A DNA stretch of 42,827 nucleotides. Source: Octopus sinensis (taxonomy: Eukaryota). Below are positions 34,418 to 42,827 of this stretch, one piece after another. Position numbers and translations under genes: made by a program. The notes below the pieces were generated by a model. The model saw only the letters and a program-made list of their open reading frames with translations. It made no database searches and was not told where the DNA came from. The number at the start of each line of letters is the position of its first letter. Position 1 is the first letter of the stretch. The stretch covers positions 1-42,827 of the forward strand of contig NW_021834074.1 of assembly GCF_006345805.1 (NCBI RefSeq), in the 5' to 3' direction.

Positions 34418-35002
34418 TCACATTATGGATGAGATCCATGTCATTTGTGAAGCAGAGATCCAGTGTGTTCCTGCCCTGGTTGGTTGGAGTATTACCTGCT
34501 CCATGTACAGGGTGTTGATGAGGTTCAGGAGGGACCTCGCCTGTCCTCGTTCACATCTTGTCATTCCTGGGAGAGAAAGGCCCTCGGGCCATCTGACATT
34601 GGGCAGATTGAAGTCTCCCATAAGAAGCACACCTATGTGTTGTTCTAATGTGGTTAGAATTTCTTCTATTTTTATAAGGCAGTCTTCAAACTTGCCCACA
34701 TGGCTTGGGGCATCTGGAGGGCGATATGTAGCACACACAACTACATCAAGTTGCCTGATATGTACAATTAGTGTGTCACACACCGAGTTTGAGTATGACA
34801 AGAGGACCTGGGGTGTGAGGTCCTCACGGATGTACATAGCAACACCTCCATGACTCCTTTCTTTCCTGTCGGTCCGTAGTACAGCATACTGTGGTATGTG
34901 TAACTCCGCATCTGCTATGTCGGTTTCAGGTGTCGTTTCTGTAAGTGCTATGCATAAGGCTTGATTGCATGCGACAAAGTCTCTCAGGAACGGGATCTTT
35001 GT
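34418..35002 (-). pseudogene. LINE ORF2 apurinic-like endonuclease domain (5'-truncated)
   Basis: ORF track 34418-35014: IALTETTPETDIADAELHIPQYAVLRTDRKERSHGGVAMYIRE...ATYRPP...LLMGDFNLP. Confidence 0.9.
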
Positions 35003-35231
35003 CCTATTGATCAATTTTTTTTTTTTTCTCTTTTTTTTCTTCCTCTCCCCCTTTTTTTTTAACCCCCCTTTTTTTGTCCTCTTTCTCTCCTTTTACGATC
35101 CCTTTTGATCGAAACTCCCCCTTCCTTTTTTTCTTTTTTTTTTTTTTTTTTTTTAAACCTTCAAAAGAAAAGCTCTACCTTGTAATTTGTTCTATCTGTG
35201 TGCAGCCCTGTGTGGCTAATAAAGAAACATA
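35003..35231 (+). mobile_element. Tx1/L1-like LINE copy 1, part b (remaining 3' UTR)
   Basis: Resumes CCTATTGATCAATTTT as in the uninterrupted copies. AATAAA at 35218-35223, ends GAAACATA followed by (TCTA)n. Confidence 0.85.
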
Positions 35232-35284
35232 TCTATCTATCTATCCATCCAACTATCCATCCATCCATCCATCCATCCATCTAC

Positions 35285-35340
<56 letters not shown>

Positions 35341-35343
35341 ATG

Positions 35344-35380
<37 letters not shown>

Positions 35381-35389
35381 GTCTGTCTA

Positions 35390-35922
35390 TCTTCAAGTAC
35401 CACTTGAAAAGGAAAGTGAGAGTAGAGAGGCAAGTTTTGTTATAGCGAATGTTTTAAAAAAAGATGGGTGAATGTAGCAAGAATGGCACGTATGAATGAC
35501 GAAGCCACCTTGAGCATAGTCCTATGAACCCAGAAATCGAAAACAGAGAGTTGCTTATTTGCCAAAAAAAAAAAAAAAAAAAAAAAGAAATATAAAATGT
35601 GACTTCATTGACCGAGGTTACCGTGGTCTTTTCCGTAGGCTTTTCTTTCCACGGGTAAACCTCACCTGTCCTCCCCTTTACACTTCATATTGACATTTCT
35701 GTGATAACGATCCCTATTGATCAATTTTTTTTTCCTCTCCCCCTTTTTTTTTTTTTTTTTTTTAACCCCCCCCCCTTTTTTTTGTCCTCTTTCTCTCCTT
35801 TTACGATCCCTTTTGATCGAAACTCCCCTTCCTTTTTTTTTTTTTTAAACCTTCAAAAGAAAAGCTCTACCTTGTAATTTGTTCTATCTGTGTGCAGCCC
35901 TGTGTGGCAATAAGGAAACATA
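35390..35922 (+). mobile_element. Tx1/L1-like LINE 3' end, copy 2 (about 530 bp)
   Basis: Starts TCTTCAAGTACCACTTGAAAAGG (internal to copy 1) and ends GAAACATA. (TCTA)n lies on both sides. Confidence 0.85.
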
Positions 35923-35950
35923 TCTGTCTGTCTATCTATCTATCTGTCTG

Positions 35951-35998
<48 letters not shown>

Positions 35999-36022
35999 AT
36001 CTATCTATCATCTACCTATCTA

Positions 36023-36813
36023 TCTACAGACACGGCTCGAGAAACACGGGGCCGACCTGCCCGAGATGCGGTTCAGAGCGACGAAAACCGTTCTGCACGC
36101 ACTCGTGCAGTGTCCAACAATTTACGGACCTGTGGGCTTGTGTCGAACAACTGCTGTCACGTGTGGGACGAGTCGGTTTATCAGCTGAGTCTATCGTTAA
36201 TATTGTCACGCCTCCCTCCTTCAAACGGGAAGGAAGAGCTATTTTCATCATCCTTGTGGCTATGGCGAAAGAATGTATCTGGTGGACGCGTCTGAAAGGA
36301 TTGGAGACAAACACTTTCCTCTCTGGTCAATCTCTCATCAACTTCTTCAAGTACCACTTGAAAGAAAGTGAGAGTAGAGAGGCAAGTTTTGTCTAGCGAA
36401 TGTTTTTAAAAAGATGGTGAATGTAGCAAGAATGGCACGTATGAATGACGAACCACCTTGAGCATGATCCTATGAACCCAGAAATTGAAAACAGAGAGTT
36501 GCTTATTTGCAAAAAAAAAAAGAAATATAACATGTGACCCCATTGACCGAGGTTACCGTGGTCTTTTCCGTAGGCTTTTCTTTCCACGGGTAAACCTCAC
36601 CTGTCCTCCCCTTACACTTCATATTGACATTTCTGTGATAACGATCCCTATTGATCAAATTTTTTTTTTCCTCTCCTCTCCTTTTACGATCCCTTTCGAT
36701 CGAAACTCCTCCTTCCTTTTTTTTTTTTTTTTTTTTAAACCTTCAAAAGAAAAGCTCTACCTTGTAATTTGTTCTATCTGTGTGCAGCCCTGTGTGGCTA
36801 ATAAAGAAACATA
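36023..36813 (+). mobile_element. Tx1/L1-like LINE 3' end, copy 3 (about 790 bp)
   Basis: Starts TCTACAGACACGGCTCGAG (internal to copy 1). ORF 36163-36396 reads LSAESIVNIVTPPSFKREGRAIFIILVAMAKECIWWTR. Ends AATAAAGAAACATATC. Confidence 0.85.
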
Positions 36814-36884
36814 TCTTGTTTCTGTTTGTTTATCATCCTTCTTACATTATACATTTAATTACTAACCCAATAACTTTATTTTAC

Positions 36885-36948
36885 CGTCGTCGTCATCGTC
36901 GTCCTCGTCATCATCATCACCATCATCATCACCACCACCACCACCACC

Positions 36949-36980
<32 letters not shown>

Positions 36981-36985
36981 AGCCA
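36885..36985. repeat. (CGT/CAT/CAC)n trinucleotide tract
   Basis: Direct reading. Source of the poly-His ORF. Confidence 0.9.
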
Positions 36986-37329
36986 TCTTAATCATAATCA
37001 TTATAACGGGATTGTGTTAGGTGGTGGTGGGTGTTGGTCGTGGATGTGGTGGTAGAGGCATTTGTTAGATTTTTCTATTCCAAGATTATATTACGATATC
37101 ATTTGATATTTTACTGTTTGTATCAAATACACTTGATTCCTCGGTGCGACAACACTCGACGAACAAGGGGACGACCTTATGCGTCTATTAGACCCTGATA
37201 AAAATAAGGTTACGCTGTTAAAAATTCCAACATAAACATACACCCTTTCTATTTCGCTTCCGACCCCTCACCCTTCTAGTCATCCATTTCTTTCTTTCTC
37301 ACTCTGTGTGTCTGTCTGTCTCTCTTTCT

Positions 37330-37378
<49 letters not shown>

Positions 37379-38044
37379 CCATTCTTGTTCTATCGCTTTC
37401 TTTTCCTTCGCCTCCATCAAACTCTATCTATTTCAATTTCCAGCTAATAGTTGCGGTAGCACTTCCCACTCTACTCCGTTTTTACATATTATTCTCACTC
37501 TCTCATTATCTCTATCTATCTATATATATATCTATTACTCTCACTCTCACTTTCTCGGTGTCTCTCACAGTTTTCTCTATCTATATAATTATCAATCTCC
37601 ATATCCGCATTAAAACAATGAAGTAAATGCATCATAAATACGTATTAAATGACTATCGGAGAAAGCCAAGCACACGCGAACACTCTCGGGGTCTTACTCA
37701 CACACAAACGCTTAAATATATTTTAACGCAAAAACACACATCCACAAACACACGAATATACGCATACATGCACACACATGAAACATATAATACACCCACA
37801 CACACTCATATATATATATGTATATATATGTATATATATGTATGTATATATATATATGACATTGCACAAGCGAGTATATATGTGCATCACTGAATACGCG
37901 CGGGTCATGTATGAGATGTTAATCTTTATTTCAAGTAAATCTAGTTTATGTAGATACATACAGGCTCAACACTTTCTCATATATATATTATATATATATA
38001 TATATTATATATATATATATATATATAGATATGCAATATATATA

Positions 38045-38077
<33 letters not shown>

Positions 38078-38170
38078 CAGAGAAACACACAAATGTGTCT
38101 GTGAAGAAGATATATATATATATACATATATATATGGTGTGTATATATATGTATATAGAAACGTATAGAC

Positions 38171-38219
<49 letters not shown>

Positions 38220-38383
38220 ATATATATGTGTGTGTGTATATACACACACACACACGATATATAATGTACATATCTATCTATCGATATATTTATATATATG
38301 TGTGTATATAACATACATATATATATGAACATATGTATATATATATATACATATATATATGTACATATATATATATATGTAAT

Positions 38384-38426
<43 letters not shown>

Positions 38427-39019
38427 AATATATACATCCATATATAATACACTTGTGAGAGGACGTATGCATAGCTGGCTGTTGGTATTTGATATGCGAT
38501 TATATTAGAACAATGATAGTGAAGCGTTGTATGATGGACATTATCTGTATATCTCATCATCTTAATGCAAGCGTTTTCAGTCCAGCAAACGATAAACAAC
38601 TTTGTTAGCAAACTGAAAACGAAATAAATCTGAATTGATGGATGACTTGACCTATTGTGAGATCGGGTATCTAAAGCCCTTCACTTTCTAACGTCCGAGT
38701 TAATATTCGTTTATAGCTTACTTTATACGCTGGTTCGTCCACTTGCTTTCCACAATGGAAGAGGGGAGAAGCTAAAAATAAATATATAAATGAAGAAATA
38801 AAAAAAATTACATACCAATATTTATAAGAAACAATAAGAAAAGCGTATACGACTACCAGGAAGAATGTACTTGATGGCTTTGATGCCGGATTCATTTTTA
38901 GGAGTGGAATGTTTGTTAAAATGTATGACCGAACTTACGGCCAGTTAGAAGAAAGTTTTAAGTAAGCTTCTTTGCATCGATATCTATGAAACATGTTCGC
39001 GATTATTTTTATGTGCAAA

Positions 39020-39200
39020 CGCATATGGGCGCGACCATGTCTGTGTGCTTAAAGAAGCAGGCTTTGCAACGACGTGGGATGTTAACTCAGGCCCATTGTG
39101 CAGTGTCTTGGCTAAGTGTCTTGGACTGTTGTCCCGAGCTGAGCATCCGGAGTGAATTTGGTCAACGGTTTTTCGTAACACAGACGCAGACATACACACT
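39020..39200 (+). mobile_element. old, degenerate SINE family A 5' half
   Basis: GGGCGCGACCATGTCTGTGTG..AAGAAGC..TTTGCAAC..GCTAAGTGTCTT..GTGAATTTGGT is colinear with the family A head. Confidence 0.5.
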
Positions 39201-39239
39201 ATATACATACATACATATATAAAAAATAAATGTTCCTTC

Positions 39240-39480
39240 TCCATTCGTACCACGCTTATAAGGGCCGGTTTCCCGGTTTCAGTGGCGTAGACATTCTCCA
39301 CCTGGACGGGACGCCGGACCGTCGCAGGATTACACAGTTTTGCCAGTTGAGTGGAATGGGGCAATGTGAAAATAAAGTGTTTTGCTCAGGAATACAACGC
39401 ATCTCCCGGTCCAGGAATCGAAACCACAACCATACGAACATGAGTTCAACACCCTAACCACTAAGCCACGCGTCTCCACA
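39240..39480 (-). mobile_element. tRNA-derived SINE, family D-like head
   Basis: Minus strand TGTGGAGACGCGTGGCTTAGTGGTTAGGGTGTTG..GGTTTCGATTCC. Confidence 0.75.
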
Positions 39481-39538
39481 CACACACACGCATATATATG
39501 TATATATATATATATATTATATATATATTATATATATA

Positions 39539-39620
<82 letters not shown>

Positions 39621-40008
39621 TCTATATAATATATAATATATATATATATATTATATATATATATATATATATACATATGTACATACACACACACACACAA
39701 CGCATATATATATATACATACGCTGATCTCGTAGAATATTCTTTATATATATCTTTTTATCTTTCATTCTTTTACTTGTTTCAGTCATCTGACAGTGCCA
39801 TGCTGGGACAAGCCTTTTTAAAAACTTTTTTTTCATTTATTTTAAATTAAAAAAGTATATACACATATAATTATATATATTATCTATAATGTGTGTAGCG
39901 CGTGTGTGTGTGTTTGTTTGTGTGTGCGTTACGTAAATATATGTGTGTATGTATATTGTATATATATGTGTACCTATGTATGTATGTATGTATGTATATA
40001 TATATAAT

Positions 40009-40071
<63 letters not shown>

Positions 40072-40579
40072 CTTAATTATTTAAAGCCCACAATTTATGT
40101 GTTTGTGTTTCTTGTTTGTTGTGTTTGAATGTGGGTTTTGTGAGTGTGCTTTTGTGTGTGTGTGTGTGTGTGTGTGTTTGTGTGTGTGTTTGTGCATGTG
40201 TATTTCCGGATGTGATTGTCCCCTACTATTGCTTAAGAAACGGTGTTGTTTGATTTACGACTCCGTAAAATATCGGATAGGAAATAGAGGCAGATGTAGT
40301 ACGTAGGAAGCTTTAAATAAATTCAAGGAATGTCAAGTGGAGTGAATTTGTTCGACCAAATCATGCAAGGCGATGCCCCAACGTAGCCACAGATCAATGA
40401 ATGAAACAATTCAAGCTAAAAAAAAAATGGAGGTAGACCTTGCTACGTGACTACAACGATACTTAGCGACTTATCTTATCCACTACCCTGCATTTTCCGA
40501 GTAGCAGGAATTTTCGATGCAAGAACAAATGTCGCTCACTTACTCATTGTCTTATGTTTTATAAAATTTCAAATAATCG

Positions 40580-40795
40580 TTTATATTGCTTTCAAGTTCT
40601 GGCACAAGGTCAGCTTTTTGTGGGAGGGATTACGTCGTTTACATCGAGTCTAGTACTCAAGTGGTACTTATTATTTTCTCGACCCCGAAAGATGAGTTCA
40701 AATTCCTGGGTGGAATTTGAACTCAGAACGGAAAGATAGAGAAATGGCACTAAGTATTCTGAACGGCGCGGTAGCGATTCTACCAGCACTTCGTC
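40580..40795 (-). mobile_element. degenerate SINE family B
   Basis: TCGACCCCGAAAGATGA..GGAATTTGAACTCAGAACG is the reverse complement of the core and B-box. Confidence 0.65.
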
Positions 40796-41099
40796 TTAAA
40801 TAATCGTTCATATTAGACTCATCTCTGGGTCAGAGCATGCCTGGGGACAATAGTGGCGAAGATACGGTTCCACACTACTCTCTTCAAAGTCCTGGAACGC
40901 CCGAAATTGGGCTGTTACCGGATGCAGTTTAGAGTCTATCAGGATGCCTCAACATTGTACTCGATACACATACATACATACATACATACATACATACATA
41001 CATACATACATACTTACACACATACATACATACATACATACATACATACATACATACATACATACATACATACATACATACAAATATACATACATACAC

Positions 41100-41220
41100 A
41101 CAAACAAAAATACCCTGTCGTTGATGTTGAAATTCCAATGAAGGAGCCTTGGATCTGAGTTAGAAATCGTTCTTTCTGTATTGGCAAGAAGTCTTGAAAG
41201 AAACTGAATAATGACATACA
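41100..41220 (+). mobile_element. 3' UTR fragment shared with 19773-19890
   Basis: ACAAAAATACC..TTGATGTTGAAATTCCAATGAAGG..CCTTGGATCT..GTTAGAAA..CTGAATAATGACATAC, flanked by (CATA)n. Confidence 0.75.
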
Positions 41221-41275
41221 TACATAGAGATAGACAGACAAACAGAAAGACAGACGCATAGAGAGATAAACAAAG

Positions 41276-41277
<2 letters not shown>

Positions 41278-41352
<75 letters not shown>
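41278..41352. repeat. (GATA)n microsatellite
   Basis: Direct reading. Confidence 0.95.
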
Positions 41353-41354
<2 letters not shown>

Positions 41355-42827
41355 CTCGAACGAAGATGGCGTTAATAAATAAATAAAATTAGATGGAACT
41401 TGAAGAATAGGGAGACCAAGAACAAGAAGCACAAGGAACGAGATGTGAAGGATGATCTCTGGAACTAGGACATCACGGAGATGACGAAGCATGTATTGGG
41501 GTTGATAATATAAGTCCCAGTTAAGCACTGGGGTCAATGTAATTCACTTACCTAGGCCCCTAAAACTCCGGGCCTTGTGCTAAAGTTGGAAGCCATCATT
41601 ATTGTTGTTGCTGCTTTTATTCTTGTTCTTGATGAAGTTATTTGTCCTGATTACACGTTGATTTTTTTCGCTTTCGCAACTGACACACGAAGACCTATTC
41701 TTTGAAAAATTTTCAAAAATTTTCAAAAATTTTACCAATGTCTAAACGTTACTGACTTTATTTCATTATCGGAACATTATCGAACATTCCATTTATCTAT
41801 TATTTATTTATTGATGTATTTGTTTATGTATTTATTTAGCTATTTCTTTCTTTATTTTCTGGTACGAATTGACGACGTTTAGATTTTAACACCTTCTTGA
41901 AGTTGAATATCAGCACAAGAAATGTCTTACAAGAAATTACATTAACATTTTCACATGTTTCTTTTCTTGTTTTCTTTTTTGTTTTTCGTCATAAACAATT
42001 ATTTAAGTAGGCAAATGCTATTTTTTTAATTCAATTCTTTATTTTAGGTCTATTTAGACAACATCTGTAATGGCGGACAAGTAAATAATGCCACTGAAAG
42101 CAAAGGAAAAAAAAACAAACTAGATATTCTTTTATACGTTTCAGCCCAAAGACTATGGCCATACTGGAGCACCAACTTATTTTGCAACAATATATGCACG
42201 ATTTTCAAAAAGGGAGAGCTTTTTTCTGTGATTTCAATGGACGTTAACTACAGCATCGTCAATAAGTTTGGCACTCGCACAGACACAAATCTCACCATTC
42301 GTTTTACCCACGTATGAACTAAATTTTGATGGTTTTCCTCCTTTCTCATTTGAAATTTCATTTGTATGTATCAAGCAAAGTCTCAAACGGATTCGTAAAA
42401 ATACGTACTTTCAGAAACGGGCAGAAAGGAAGCTGATTTATATTTGTCTCACAAAGAAAGGGCTCTTTCACTGTATCCTCAAAAGAGCACCTAAAGGAAG
42501 CCCTAGCAAATGTTTTGGCTATGAATTTGCATATATAGAAGGGAAAAAACCTATCGAATAATCTGCCATTGATGGCGTCATTAAGTAGGTTTTTTCTTAA
42601 TGTAATCACAACTAGACAAAAGTAATCGTGGCTCATGATTGTTTCTGGAAGCATCCTCTACTTATAAATAATCGTCCTTCTTGTAGTTTAGTATATTGAT
42701 ATAGCGTCACAGACACACTTATTTATGAATTGGTTGCTTTTTTTTGTGCTGTGTCCGGAGTATTTAGGAGTGTAATATATTGTCTCCATTCAGAAACCAG
42801 AATCTTGGGTTCACAGCTCTCTCATTG

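Larger units (their letters stand above)
32031..35002 (-). mobile_element. CR1/L2-group LINE, about 2.97 kb, 5'-truncated in the endonuclease, (AATC)n tail, 9-bp TSD
   Basis: APE endonuclease motifs (IALTET, GGVAMY, YRPP, GDFNLP) and RT motifs (NYRPISLTS, YLDFAKAFDKVDH, SGVPQGTVLGPLLF, YADDT). TSD CCTATTGAT at 32022-32030 and 35003-35011. Confidence 0.95.

Noticed and set aside
979-41537. Dozens of ORF-track entries rich in YI, CV, HT, YLSI, poly-L/Y/V/N/H
   Set aside because: They are translations of (TA)n, (CA)n, (TATG)n, (TATC)n, (TAA)n, (TAC)n and (CAC)n microsatellites, with no domain signal.
42268-42654. Overlapping roughly 98-aa ORFs in unique sequence near the window end
   Set aside because: No recognisable motif or clear splice pair, and this length is expected by chance.

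Overview
AT-rich, microsatellite-dense eukaryotic DNA. It looks like intronic or intergenic cephalopod (Octopus-like) genome; this assignment is an inference from recalled SINE families and repeat composition, not a database result. I cannot support any intact host CDS, rRNA, tRNA gene or CRISPR array. Nearly all ORF-track entries are translations of (TA)n, (CA)n, (TATG)n, (TATC)n, (TAA)n or (TAC)n. Real coding remnants belong to mobile elements: CR1/L2-group LINEs, a Tx1/L1-like LINE 3' end, a probable R4/Dong-like 3' end and four mariner derivatives. At least four tRNA-derived SINE families are present. Main observation: two adjacent tandem arrays with no long shared sequence, 14549-17789 (about 605-611 bp unit x4 plus a 733 bp inverted arm) and 18181-19342 (about 474 bp unit x2.2 plus a 135 bp inverted arm). 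Each full unit carries a type I hammerhead ribozyme fold with a palindromic stem III and an unusually long stem II, a retrozyme / Penelope-pLTR-like architecture; one copy has a disrupted core. Other notable items: a stand-alone minimal hammerhead (13186-13220), a Tx1-like LINE inserted three times next to (TCTA)n, a LINE and a SINE sharing a 3' stem-loop with compensatory changes, and a fully palindromic mariner MITE. Copy-to-copy differences are mostly 1-bp indels, so long-read or assembly error must be excluded.
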